A stretch of 64,000 bases of DNA from the human T2T-CHM13v2.0 reference genome, Homo sapiens, in NCBI RefSeq assembly GCF_009914755.1, contig NC_060929.1. The stretch is one strand, 5' to 3'. This document shows positions 44,794-60,289 of this stretch, one piece after another. A model generated the notes under the pieces. That model did no database searches. It was given only the letters and a program-made list of their open reading frames with translations, and was not told the DNA's origin. The position numbers and the translations under genes are program-made. How positions within the stretch are numbered: position 1 is the stretch's first letter; each line of letters opens with the position of its first letter.

Positions 44794-45692
44794 GGGGAGG
44801 AGCCAAGATGGCCGAATAGGAACAGCTCCGGTCTATAGCTCCCAGCATGAGCGACGCAGAAGACGGGTGATTTCTGCATTTCCATCTCAGGTACCGGGTT
44901 CATCTCACTAGGGAGTGCCAGACAGTGGGCGCAGGTCAGTGGGTGCACGCACCGTGCGCGAGCCGAAGCAGGGCGAGGCATTGCCTCACTTGGGGTCAGG
45001 GAGTTCCCTTTCCTAGTCAAAGAAAGGGGTGATGGACGGCACCTGGAAAATCGGATCACTCCCACCCGAATACTGCGCTTTTCCAACGGGCTTAAAAAAC
45101 AGCGCACCACGAGATTATATCCTGCACCTGGCTGGGCGGAGGGGTCCTACGCCCACGGAGTCTCGCTGATTGCTAGCATAGCAGTCTGAGATCAAACTGC
45201 AAGGCAGCAGCGAGGCTGGGGGAGGGGCGCCCGCCATTGCCCAGGCTTGCTTAGGTAAACAAAGCAGCCAGGAAGCTCCAACTGGGTGGAGCCCACCACA
45301 GCTCAAGGAGGCCTGCCTGCCTCTGTAGGCTCCACCTCTGGGGGCAGGGCACAGACAAAGAAAAAGACAGCAGTAACCTCTGCAGACTTAAATGTCCCTG
45401 TCTGACAGCTTTGAAGAGAGCAGTGGTTCTCCCAGCATGCAGCTGGAGATCTGAGAACAGGCAGACTGCCTCCTCAAGTGGGTCCCTGACCTCTGACCCC
45501 CGAGCAGCCTAACTAGGAGGCACCCCCAAGCAGGGGCACACTGACACCTCACACGGCAGGGTACTCCAACAGACCTGCAGCTGAGGGTTCTGTCTGTTAG
45601 AAGGAAAACTAACAAACAGAAAGGACATCCACACCAAAAACCCATCTGTACATCACCATCATCAAAGACCAAAAGTAGATAAAACCACAAAG
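44794..45692 (+). promoter_or_regulatory. L1 5'UTR internal sense promoter (YY1 site) and antisense promoter region
   Basis: Intact YY1 motif caagatggccg at ~44804-44814; many CpGs retained. Activity is inferred from the family, not shown. Confidence 0.75.
45115..45237 (-). pseudogene. L1 ORF0, frameshifted (40 aa instead of ~71)
   Basis: MAGAPPPASLLPCSLISDCYASNQRDSVGVGP matches the ORF0 N-terminus, then diverges after an indel near 45133-45144. Confidence 0.8.
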
Positions 45693-46709
45693 ATGGGGAA
45701 AAAACAGAACAGAAAAACTGGAAACTCTAAAAACCAGAGCGCCTCTCCTCCTCCAAAGGAACGCAGTTCCTCACCAGCAACAGAACAAAGCTGGACAGAG
45801 AATGACTTTGACGAGCTGAGAGAAGAAGGCTTCAGACGATCAAATTACTCTGAGCTACAGGAGGACATTCAAACCAAAGGCAAAGAAGTTGAAAACTTTG
45901 AAAAAAATTTAGAAGAATGTATAACTAGAATAACCAATACAGAGAAGTGCTTAAAGGAGCTGATGGAGCTGAAAACCAAGGCTCGAGAACTACGTGAAGA
46001 ATGCAGAAGCCTCAGGAGCCGATGCGATCAACTGGAAGAAAGGGTATCAGTGATGGAAGATGAAATGAATGAAATGAAGCGAGAAGGGAAGTTTAGAGAA
46101 AAAAGAATAAAAAGAAATGAGCAAAGCCTCCAAGAAATATGGGACTATGTGAAAAGACCAAATCTACGTCTGATTGGTGTACCTGAAACTGATGGGGAGA
46201 ATGGAACCAAGTTGGAAAACACTCTGCAGGATATTATCCAGGAGAACATCCCCAATCTAGCAAGGCAGGCCAACGTTCAGATTCAGGAAATACAGAGAAT
46301 GCCACAAAGATACTCCTCGAGAAGAGCAACTCCAAGACAAATAATTGTCAGATTCACCAAAGTTGAAATGAAGAAAAAAATGTTAAGGGCAGCCAGAGAG
46401 AAAGGTCGGGTTACCCTCAAAGGGAAGCCCATCAGACTAACAGTGGATCTCTCGGCAGAAACCCTACAAGCCAGAAGAGAGTGGGGGCCAATATTCAACA
46501 TTCTTAAAGAAAAGAATTTTCAACCCAGAATTTCATATCCAGCCAAACTAAGCTTCATAAGTGAAGGAGAAATAAAATACTTTACAGACAAGCAAATGCT
46601 GAGAGATTTTGTCACCACCAGGCCTGCCCTAAAAGAGGTCCTGAAGGAAGCGCTAAACATGGAAAGGAACAACTGGTACCAGCCGCTGCAAAATCATGCC
46701 AAAATGTAA
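45693..46709 (+). CDS. LINE-1 ORF1p (338 aa), intact reading frame
   Basis: MGKKQNRKTGNSK...NHAKM, canonical length; REKG, ARR and YPAKLS motifs present. Confidence 0.93.
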   Translation: MGKKQNRKTGNSKNQSASPPPKERSSSPATEQSWTENDFDELREEGFRRSNYSELQEDIQTKGKEVENFEKNLEECITRITNTEKCLKELMELKTKARELREECRSLRSRCDQLEERVSVMEDEMNEMKREGKFREKRIKRNEQSLQEIWDYVKRPNLRLIGVPETDGENGTKLENTLQDIIQENIPNLARQANVQIQEIQRMPQRYSSRRATPRQIIVRFTKVEMKKKMLRAAREKGRVTLKGKPIRLTVDLSAETLQARREWGPIFNILKEKNFQPRISYPAKLSFISEGEIKYFTDKQMLRDFVTTRPALKEVLKEALNMERNNWYQPLQNHAKM

Positions 46710-46772
46710 AGACCATCGAGACTAGGAAGAAACTGCATCAACTAACGAGCAAAATCACCAGCTAACATCATA

Positions 46773-50590
<3,818 letters not shown>

Positions 50591-50825
50591 ACAATGAGAT
50601 CACATGGACACAGGAAGGGGAACATCACACTCTGGGGACTGTTGTGGGGTGGGGGGGAGGGGGGAGGGATAGCATTAGGAGATATACCTAATGCTAGATG
50701 ATGAGTTAGTGGGTGCAGCGCACCAGCATGTCACATGTATACATATGTAACTAACCTGCACAATGTGCACATGTACCCTAAAACTTAAAGTATAATAATA
50801 AAAAAAAAGAAAATTAAAAAAAAAA

Positions 50826-51037
50826 GACCTAGTCATACAGCTTAAATTGTTATCTAACTCCAGACTCCCAAGTGAAAGCAAGTGTTGAGTATAAATCATA
50901 TTGTTTGCACAAACAAACTAGGCACAGTGAAATACCTTCATCTTTTAACACTACAAAAAGCCCAATTCTGAGATGCTGAGCAAGAGCCAGTGTTGTAAAC
51001 AACATCAAGCCTGCTGTGTGAACTCTTTTCTGTGTAC
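50826..51037. mobile_element. MER21-type LTR, right part
   Basis: tccagactcccaa...aaagcaagtgtt...attgtttgcacaaac...gcctgctgtgtgaactcttttctg. Confidence 0.7.
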
Positions 51038-51353
51038 TTTCTAAGTGGTTTCACTTTCTGTTATGATTGTTTCTTTCCAATTCATCTTCTACATAGCAAA
51101 AAAAAAAAAAAAATTCTTAGCCTTGAATTAAATTATGGTCTTAAACCTCTTAAGACATTTTATAAATTCCTGACAGGTCAAAAAAGTAAGTGTGGTGACA
51201 TTCTTTTCAAAGCATTATTTTGATGTGTCCAGGCATTTTTTTTCTACTTATACGCTGATCATTTCAGCTCACACATCCTTTCCAATTATCTGTGGTGTCT
51301 TAGAGACGTGCTTGCATGTACGTATGTGTGTGTGTTCATTTTTTTATTTAATA

Positions 51354-51960
51354 CAGGAGTTGACAAACTTTTTCAGTAAGAGATCAGATAATCACTATTT
51401 TGAGTTTGACAGGCCATACAGTCTCTGTCACAACTACTCAATTTTGTGATTGTAGTGAAACTGAACCCAGGTTTGGGTGTTTGCCAATCAAAAGCCTAAA
51501 CTCGAGAGACGAGGAGCTGGTAGAAGAAAGAACAGGTTTATTCAGCTGACAGCCTGAAGAGATGGCAGGATAAAGTCTCCAAGATGGCAGGATAATGTCT
51601 CAAAGACCATCTCGCCCTCCTTTGGCTGACCAAAGGGGTTTCAAAGGGGAAGGGACTTGGGAAACTGGCAGGTCAGCATGTCTTGCTCTGATTATCTTGA
51701 GTAATGAGCCACCTAGTGGTCTGGCTGGTATCAGCTAGCCCTCAGCAGGATGGAAGATTAACTGCTCAGCATTGTACTTCCAGGGATAGGGGTGCATTCA
51801 ACAGCCTTTGTTCTATCCCAAGGCTACTTCCTGGAATTAAGAAACTAATTCAAGCAAGCACTGAGTTATGCATTTAAAAAAAAAAATAGCCATTTGTTTT
51901 CTAAGTGGAGTGTTTCAGTTGCAGTAGTGCAAAAGCAGCCATAGGTGATAGGTAAATGGG
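51354..51960. mobile_element. MER58 (hAT-Charlie) DNA transposon split by an LTR
   Basis: caggagttgacaaactttt...ggccatacagtctctgtcacaactactcaa...tgtag resumes at 51924 as gtagtgcaaaagcagccatag. Confidence 0.8.
51456..51923 (-). mobile_element. ERV1-class solo LTR (family not determined)
   Basis: Termini TGAAACTGAA...TTCAGTTGCA; 4-bp TSD GTAG at 51452-51455 and 51924-51927; minus-strand AATAAA near 51540. Confidence 0.82.
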
Positions 51961-53041
51961 ACTGTTTACTGACTGTTAATTTAATATAAATAAATTACCA
52001 ATTAATATAACTAATATCGCTAACAAAATCTTTATATATGTGTGCTATTAATATTTTCAAGCACTATTTCAGGTCCAGATGTAATTCATTTCAAGAGGTC
52101 AAGAGTAAAAACATAAAATTGAGGTGTAAGAAATATTTTCAAATAAATCTTCCACTACACTAACTTTTTTTGGGAAAAATTTGGAGGAAAAATTTTTAGT
52201 TGCATGAGAAAAAAAGTTTGGGTTACATTCTTTCAGTTTCCTCTCATCTTGTAAAAGAAAAGTGGTAGAGATTTCAGCCAAATGAGACTTGTTTTTTTCA
52301 TGAGTCGACACAGCTTGAAAGAATTCAGTATCAGAACACGAGATATTGTCTTTTTACAAAGAAAGACACAGGACACTCAGCAATAACTCTTCAAAGAAAT
52401 TGTTCTTACCGGTCGCTGTGCTGGGTAGAGAAAGGCATGGTCCCTTTAAATGATACGGAAACGGGAAGGGCATGGTCCCTGGCTAGGGCTCCATTTCCAG
52501 GAACCTAGATGAGGAGAGGCATTTTTGTTTTCCTGCCCAAATATTGCATTTCCCAAGACCACCCTGGCATGACACGCACCCATCCTGTGCCTATAAAACC
52601 CCTGAGACCCTAACAGGCAGACACACAGACGGCTGGAAGTCCAGAGGATCACATCAGAGGAAGAACACACAGGCTTCTGGCGGGAGAAATGCACTGACAG
52701 GCACCAGCACACAGCAGGCCATCGCCTGGTAGAAGCAGAATGACAGGGAGTTTGACTGGGACAGTCCCAGGAGAGCCGAGGACGCTGAGCAGCTGACTCC
52801 AGGGGAAAACCTTCCCACTCCCGTCACCCTTCGGGCTTCCCCCATCTGCTGAGAGCTACCTCCACTCAATAAAAACTTGCACTTATTCTCCAAGCCCAGG
52901 TGTGATCCGATTCTTCCGGTACACCAAAGCAAGAACCTGAGATACAAAAAGCTCTCTGTCCTTGCAACAAGGTAGAGGGTCCAACTGAGCTGGTTAAGGT
53001 AAGCTGCCTATCAATGGAAAAACTAAAAGAGCACAGAGCAG

Positions 53042-54588
53042 TGTGTCCGGGATTGGTGGGTTCTTGGTCTCACTGACTTCAAGAATGAAGCTGAGGCCCT
53101 GGCGGTGAGTGTTACAGCTCTTAAGGTGGCGTGTCTGGAGTTTGTTCCTTCTGATGCTCAGATGTGTTCGGAGTTTCTTCCTTCTGGTGGGTTCATGGTC
53201 TCGCTGCCTCAGGAGTGAAGCTGCAGACCTTCGCTGTGAGTGTTACAGCTCTTAAGGCAGCACGTCTGGAGTTGTTCGTTCCTCCTGGTGGGCTCGTGGT
53301 CTCACTGGCTTCAGGAGAGAAGCTGCAGATCTTCGCGGTGAGTGTTACAGCTCATAAAAGCAGTGTGGACCCAAAGAGTGAGCAGTAGCAAGATTTATTG
53401 CAAAGACTGAAAGAACAAAGCTTCCACACTGTGGAAGGAGACCCCAGCGGGTTGCCACTACTGGCTCGGGCAGCCTGCTTTTATTCTCTTCTCTGGCCCC
53501 ACCCACATCCTGCTGATTGGTGGAGCCCAGTGGCCTGTTTTGACAGGGCGCTGATTGGTGCATTTACAATCCCTGAGCTAGATACAAAGGTTATCCACGT
53601 CCCCATCAGATTAGTTAGATACAGAGTTTCCACACACAGGTTCTCCAAGGCCCCACCAGAGCAGTTAGATACAGAGTGTCCATTGGTGCATTGGCAAACC
53701 CTGAGCTAGACACAGGGTGCTGATTGGTGTGTTTACAAACCTTGAGCTAGATACAGAGTGCTGATTGGTGTATTTACAATCCCTGAGCTAGACATAAAGG
53801 TTCTCCAAGGCCCCACCAGAGCAGCTAGATACAGAGTGTAGATTGGTGCACTCACAAACCCTGTGCTAGACACAGGGTGCTGGTTGGTGTGTTTACAATC
53901 CCTGAGCTAGACATAAAGACTGTCCACGTCCCCACCAGACTCAGGAGCCCAGCTGGCTTCACCCAGTGGATCCCGCATGGGGGCTGCAGGTGGACCTGCC
54001 TGCCAGTCCTGCGCCATGCGGTGGCACTCCTCAGCCCTTGGGCGGTCGATGGGACTGGACGCCGTGGAGCAGGGGGCGGCGCTCGTTGGGGAGGCTCCCG
54101 CTGCACAGGAACCCAGGGAGGCGGGGGAAGGCTCAGGCATGGCGGGATGCAGTCCTGAGGCCTGCCCCCCGGGAAGGCAGCTAAGGCCCGGCGAGAAATC
54201 GAGCGCAGCGCCGGTGGGCTGGCACTGCTGGGGGACCCAGTACACCCTCCGCAGCCGCTGGCCCCGGGTGCTAAGTCCTTCGTTGCCCGGGGCCAGCAGG
54301 GCCGGCCGGCTGCTCAGAGTGCGGGGCCGCCAAGCCCACGTCCACCCGGAACTCCAACTGGCCCGCAAGCGCAGCACGCAGCCCGCGTTCCGGGTCGCGC
54401 CTCTGCCTCCACACCTCCCTGCAAGCTGAGGGAGTGGGCTTCGGCCTTGGCCAGCCCAGAAAGGGGCTCCCACAGTGCAGCCGTGGGCTGAAGGGCACCT
54501 CAAGTGCCGCCAAAGTGGGAGCCTAGGCAGAGGAGGCGCCAAGAGCGAGTGAGGGCTGTGAGGACTGCCAGCACGCTGTCACCTCTCA
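53042..54588 (-). mobile_element. LTR12C-type (ERV9) solo LTR
   Basis: Reverse complement runs TGAGAGGTGACAGCGTGCTGGCAG...CCCACCAATCCCGGACACA; tandem CCAAT/GATA enhancer repeats; CpG-rich block at ~53960-54540. Confidence 0.95.
53510..53915 (-). promoter_or_regulatory. LTR12 tandem CCAAT (NF-Y) / GATA repeat array
   Basis: Repeated ~40-bp units gctgattggtg...tttacaa...gagctaga. Confidence 0.8.
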
Positions 54589-55556
54589 GTGGCACATGCC
54601 CACTGGGCTTTCAGGAGCTGTAAACATACACCTCTAGACACTGCTTTGGGGTAAGTCCCACAGCCTGCCTATATATATGCTCCCCCAGATGTTTGAGCAG
54701 TGGGGCACTGAAGAAGTGAGCTGCACCCCAGTGGCATGTCCTGCGAGGGGGACAACAAAACTTTTCCTGTTTCACTACCAGTGGTTTTCCATTTTGACTG
54801 TACAGTAGAATTGTATCCAAGATTTTAAACAGTTTTGAATTAATTCATCCAGAAATCAAAGAATTTATTCACTTAAGACAATGTTTTAAAATCTTAAAAT
54901 ACGGATTAAGATGCTAGATGTTAGAATTGGTAAATTATGATTTAAAATGACAATTTTCTTCTATTCACATATAGACTAGCTAGTTATATGTAAAGCAGAA
55001 GTAAATTAGCACATCAGAAAATTAAGAGAGATATAGATTTCTGATTTTTATTCTGATTTAAATTTAATAGAGGATTATGTGAAATAGATTCGAGGGTATA
55101 GAAATGTCCATGTTTTCTTAGGTCACTGGGGAAAAAAAGAGGGAATAAGAGTGTTTCATATATAGGCCTGAAAATATTTGTAGAGTAGTGTAAATAGAAA
55201 AATAAAAATACTAAATCCCAGTAAAAGTGACATTTTTTGTAAACTGGTGAGGATTTTTGTTTGCTTACTTCTAAATATTTCTATTGATTGAATAGGCCAC
55301 ATTATTTTGTTATTTAAATCTATATAAAATAGTATTTATAGCAAAGGTATAAAGAAACCAAGTAATGACCCCCAAAATTATCTCTATTATTTCTGTATCC
55401 CAGAATTTTGCAGTCAGCTAGTTAGCAGTGTGCTGTATTCATTTCTTGACTTCACAGTTTACACAAGTGATGCTTTGACCCCACCTTTGAAATTACTGAG
55501 AAACTGCTGTGTGTATTTCACAGCTAGCCCTGCAGCTTAGGAATGTAAGGTCTAAC

Positions 55557-56794
55557 TGAGACAGAGTAGGAATAGGGTTTGGCTTCAGCGCACTCCTGCC
55601 AGAACATTCCTTTATGCATTCCTACTAATCACAAAACTCACACCACTACCTTGCTGATTACATACTTGCTAACCCAAAGTGTTACCCAAAAGCGGTCTCG
55701 ATCCAGACCCCAAGAGAGGATTCCTGTATCTCGCACAAGAAAGAATCCATATACAGAGTAAAGAGAAAGCAAGTTTATTAAGAAAGCAAAGGAATGAAGA
55801 ATGCCTACTCCATAGGCAGAGCAGCAGCATGGGCTGATTAGCTCCTTATACTTATTGTTGCTTCTTGATTACATGCTAAACAAGGAGTGGGCAATTTTCA
55901 GAACCAAAGGCTCCTCCTCTTTTTGGACCATATAGGGTAACTTCTTGACATTGCCATGGCATTTACAAACTGGCTTGGACCTGGTGGGAGTCTTTTAGCA
56001 TGCTAATACATTATAATAAGCATATAATGAGCAGTGAGAACTACCAGAGGTCACTTTCTTTGCAATCTTGGTTTTGGTGGATTTTAGTTGGCTTCTTTAC
56101 TGCAACCTGCTTTATTAGCAAGGTCTTTGTGACCTGTATCTTGTGTTGACCCCCTATGTCATCTGTGACTTAGGATGCCTAACCTCTTGGGAATGCAGCC
56201 CAGTAGGTCTCAGCCTTATTTTACCTGGCCCCCATTCAAGATGGGGTCGCTCTGGTTCAAAAGTCTCTGAGGCAAGGTTTTGTTATACAAAGAAAATAGC
56301 CATTCTGTATTGTTCTCCTGTGCTCTTGGAATGTCTACCCATGCCTTTTACTTAAAGAATTCCAGGAACTGGACTTAAGAGATCCAAAATACTGAACCAA
56401 GTTTGCAGAGTGTTTCACTTCAGGAAGAAATGCTAATCAATCGATTTACAGCCTTGTTCCCACTGACCAGACCACTAGGTGTCCCATTACTCAAGATAAG
56501 CATTGCAACCTGATACACTGACTTTTGCATACCCTACCCATCACATGTTTTGCCCAGCCCAGCCTCCATACTCTACCACTGGTATCAAATACCACAGTTT
56601 GCAAAAAAAAAAAAAAAAAAAAATCCCAACTGGCGCCTTTCAGAGAGTCAGTCAGGGAGCTCTCTCTCTCTCTTTGTTGTGCTGCCCGCCTTATGCCCAG
56701 GCTTAAGTGCCAGTGAAGCCTTGTCTGGGAAACCGTTTTTGGCCTCATGTCAATTTCTATTGCATTGAGGGCCCAAGAACAATGATTGGTAACA
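55557..56794 (+). mobile_element. 5' LTR of a MER4-group ERV1 provirus (MER67-like), interrupted by MER41
   Basis: tgagacagagtagg...ttggcttcagc...; ends caatttctattgcattgag...ggtaaca and is followed by a PBS. Confidence 0.75.
55680..56272 (-). mobile_element. MER41 (B-like) solo LTR
   Basis: tgttacc...gatccagaccccaagagagg...gctctggttcaaa...tctga; flanks aaag / caag. Confidence 0.88.
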
Positions 56795-56801
56795 TATTCT
56801 T

Positions 56802-56819
56802 TTGGGGCTTGACTGGGAT
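56802..56819 (+). other. Degenerate tRNA-Pro primer binding site
   Basis: ttggggcttgactgggat resembles TGGGGGCTCGTCCGGGAT and lies just 3' of the LTR. Confidence 0.6.
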
Positions 56820-58154
56820 CATGGGGAAGTATTTTCTTCCCCAATGTGGGAGGCTCGTGAGCCAGCAGGACTGCTGAACGTGACCACTTCGTGGCTGTTG
56901 GGTGGCCACCTGAATCTTTATTCAGAGTGAGTTTTTCCTGTGGCTTCAAGACTCCTTGCCACCACGACCTAGACAACACTTTCTCTCCTCTCCTATCCTC
57001 TATTTGTTGTCTCTTTCTTTTTTCTTCTTTTTCCTTCCTCCTTCTCTTCCTTCATTTTTCATTAACTTCATTGGCTCAGCCTGAATACGCATCCATGCAG
57101 AGTAGATTCAAACAGCCGATCAGTTCAGCTGGTAGGAAACTCTGTCTGGTGCCCTGTCTCTGGGCCCTATGATATTCTTTAAGTCTTCTAAGTACTTTCT
57201 TTCCCTTTGCTACACCTTGTGGGGAATGGAGGCCTGTGGTCTTTTCTGACATCAATCTATTCAAGCGTGCAAGCCTACCTACTCTCAGTGCTGTCTTTGT
57301 AAAGAGAAAATTGAGAGCACATGGGTCCGAAGATTTCATCACTCACACCCTGATCCATTTTCACTTGTCTGTATCTAATTTGACATCGTATTTCCCCCTG
57401 AAGCCCACTGAGCAGCATCTTGCAAAAATGAGAGGCTTTTGCCTAAGGGTTCATGAAACAGAAAAGGATGATTTTCCTTTGTAATGTGGCTTGGACCCCA
57501 CAGCTATGGTATAGCAAACAGGATCATCAAAACTGCTCTGCTCTTCCAAAAGCTATAGACAAAGGAAACTCAGTAACCTGGCATGCCAGCAAAAGCGTAA
57601 GAATTTCCTACCAGCCAGGCTTCTGGACTCTGTCTCTCTGTGCAGACTGGCTGTGTGAACGGTAAAAATCATTGCTTGTTTCCTCTACAAGGTTTTAATT
57701 AATGGGTTAAAGGATTTGTGAGACTATTGTTAGACTGAAGTGAATCGGATGTCCTGTGTGCTACGAATTTCTCATTCTGTGTCATTGTGTCATGGAGAGG
57801 GGTGCCACAGGATAGAATGTGGGCCTAGTACCCCTGTTTGCCCACTGTTCCAGCCGGCCCGGCAGACTGGTCAACTACAAACTTTGCTGGGGGTCCCTAA
57901 AACAAAAACTGGGTGAGATTTCCCTCTCATCTTGTTTTATGCCCTTCAGAACTTGACTGTGACAACATGGAGGTACTTTCTTTTGGTCTCTGTCATCCGG
58001 AGGGTGATAATTTTTTAATTCCTCTAAGTCATCTGGTCTGAAAGGACACCTTATAATGTCATGGTTATCCCAAATAATTCCCTTGAGGGGTTAAAAGCCT
58101 TCGCAAGCTCACAAATGACTGCGTTCGATTTCTTCTGGGAAAAATGATGGCAAC

Positions 58155-58231
58155 TCCCCTATCTGTAGCTCAGTAGCTAAGGCTTTGCCCTTTCACAATG
58201 GTGACCTTGATTCAGTCCACAGCTTAGGGAA
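58155..58231 (+). pseudogene. Degenerate tRNA-Glu(TTC)-like sequence inside the provirus
   Basis: TCCC start, agtagctaagg D-arm remnant, CT-TTC-AC loop at 58190-58196, gattc T-loop remnant, AGGGAA end. Confidence 0.5.
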
Positions 58232-59077
58232 GGAATCATTTCTGGTTTAATATTTGTGTGATCTTTGCATTTATTGATTCTTTTCTCCTCTGTGAATGGC
58301 TTCGGACTTCTGATCTTAAATTTTCCTTTCTCTGAGCTACCTTTGGGGTGATTCTAGATCTTGTAAAAACTGTTTGCCATCTCTTTGGAGATACCTTGTG
58401 CACCCATGGTTAAGTCATACCCTTAGTTAAGGCTTGTTGGTTTCACTTGGGAAAATAGTGTTGGGGACAATAAAAAGACTAAAAAGCCAGAGGTATTGGC
58501 TATTTGTTCTGTATAAATCTGGTAATAAAATATTTAAAAGGATTTTTTAAAAAAGAGTTCTATGATTAAAAGTCAGCTTAATTACAAGGGGATATCCAAG
58601 CTATATATACATTTAAAAGTCCTTTATGTTTTTTTCTTCTCTTGGATTTTGTTTTTTGAGAAAGAAGTTTTTTTTGTTTTCTTTTTATTTCTCAGTAGTC
58701 TGAATTGTTTATACTTTTTAAAATGTCTAATGGCAGTATGCATACAATGACTAGCAATTCTACCAGATCTGCTTCTGTCTAACTGTGTATTTATATGTGC
58801 TATGTCTATGATGTTTGACTGCCAAAATATATAAGAGTTCAAATTAGTTGGGTTAAAAAATAAGCATTTAAATAAAATACTTTGTCACAAGAAAGAAAAC
58901 CTTTAATGCCTTTTAGTTCACATTACGTTAGTAATCTTTGGTAAATAAAAATAGTTTTAAAGGCCATTGGTTTAAAAAAGATAAAAACATTTTCAAAATT
59001 TAGGCATTTGGTCTCAATTACTGCCTTTGTTAGATGCTTTTGTTAATGTACCTGATACTGTCTTTTCTAGATGCTTT

Positions 59078-60143
59078 TGTTACTACCCCTAAACTCTGAG
59101 TTCTTTGGCTTTTGTGTAAGCGAAAATTAACTCAAGGCCAAACAGAGCTTTTGCTCACACAAGGTTTAATAGGCTTCTGGCTGGAGAGCACAAGAAGAAA
59201 GTGCTCAGGAAAGGGATCCTGGTGCTAGCTCTCTGAAGGGACTCAGTTTCTGTCATTTTAAGGAATTCGGGGTGGGAAAGAGAACAATTACAACCACGTT
59301 TTGGCAGGGGCTTCTCTGCGCTTGCGCAGTAGGACAACATGCTCAGACATGCCTCATATGACCAGAAAATGGCGTATAAGCCCCACCATGGTGGAGATTT
59401 TAGTATGACAATGAGACACGATGAGGAGAACATCAATGAAAGATTAGTGCAGAAGTCCATCTGGTCTTCAGACAGTTGGATCTGGTCAGGTTCTTTTCGG
59501 GATGCCAGAGCCTTGCTTCAGCGACCTTGGAAAACATCACTCCAAGAGATACATGGTTAAGTTTTTCCTTTCATGGTTAGGAATTTAGCACGGTCAGCTA
59601 AGTTAGAAAAGGTTCCCTCTTCCTGCCATTTGACTTAACGTAGGGAGGAAATATGCCCTGGCATTTAAGGCCCGTCAGGACTTTGGTTATGTTAAAAGAA
59701 AGACCTTAGCCAAAGTTAATTTAACAGAGTTTAATTGAGCAAAGAATAATTCACGAATTAGGTGGTCTACAGAACCAGAGTAGGCTAAAAGAGACTCTAG
59801 CAAAGCCACATGGTGGAAAGAGATTTATGGACAAGAAAAGGAAAGTGATGTACTGAAAATGGAAGTGAGGTACAGAAACAGCTGGATTTATTAGACCTCA
59901 GTGTGTGCTCACTTTGAACACAGTTTGAACAGTTGGCCCCCTTTGGCCACAACTCAGTGACTGGCACAAGAGTAGGTTACAGTCTGCTTACACCTCCATT
60001 TAGGTTATAGTTCACCACGTACAGAGAAAGCTTTAGGCCAAACTTAAAATATATAAGGAAGCATCTTTAGACACTTTGATTTAGCAGTTACCATTTCATC
60101 TGTGTGACTTGTCAGGGCTGAATTTTTTTCCTATACTGCCTCA
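59078..60143 (-). mobile_element. ERV1-class solo LTR (family not determined), containing MER57
   Basis: Termini TGTTACT...GCCTCA; 4-bp TSD CTTT at 59074-59077 and 60144-60147. Confidence 0.75.
59690..60086 (-). mobile_element. MER57-type solo LTR
   Basis: tgttaaaagaaagaccttag...aatttaacagagtttaattgagcaaag...gatttagca; TSD GTTA at 59686-59689 and 60087-60090. Confidence 0.85.
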
Positions 60144-60289
60144 CTTTAAATTTATAAACTGCTTGTATGACTTGTGATACTTTTTCAACTTTCCTGCTTT
60201 AGAGCTATTAGATTATAGGTTAGCCTGGGGACATATGAAGTTAGCCACAGCTTTGCTAGAAGAGTCAGACATTATCTGTGATTTTGTCA

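Larger units (their letters stand above)
52418..54774 (+). mobile_element. LTR1-family solo LTR, interrupted by LTR12
   Basis: ggtccctttaaatgatacggaa...ggctagggctcca...cctataaaa...aataaaaacttgcac...; resumes after 54588 and ends cttttcctgtttca. Confidence 0.82.

Noticed and set aside
50645-50670. G-quadruplex-forming G runs (also at 13432-13450)
   Set aside because: Standard feature of the L1PA 3'UTR.
53510-53915. Regularly spaced ~40-bp repeats resembling a CRISPR array
   Set aside because: This is the LTR12 enhancer array in primate DNA; no unique spacers and no cas genes.
53852-54542. Overlapping ORFs up to 211 aa
   Set aside because: They lie in the GC-rich LTR12 body where stop codons are rare; no recognisable domain.
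56491-57484. ORFs of 60-162 aa around the proviral LTR and leader
   Set aside because: No gag, pol or env motifs; some run through a poly(A) tract.
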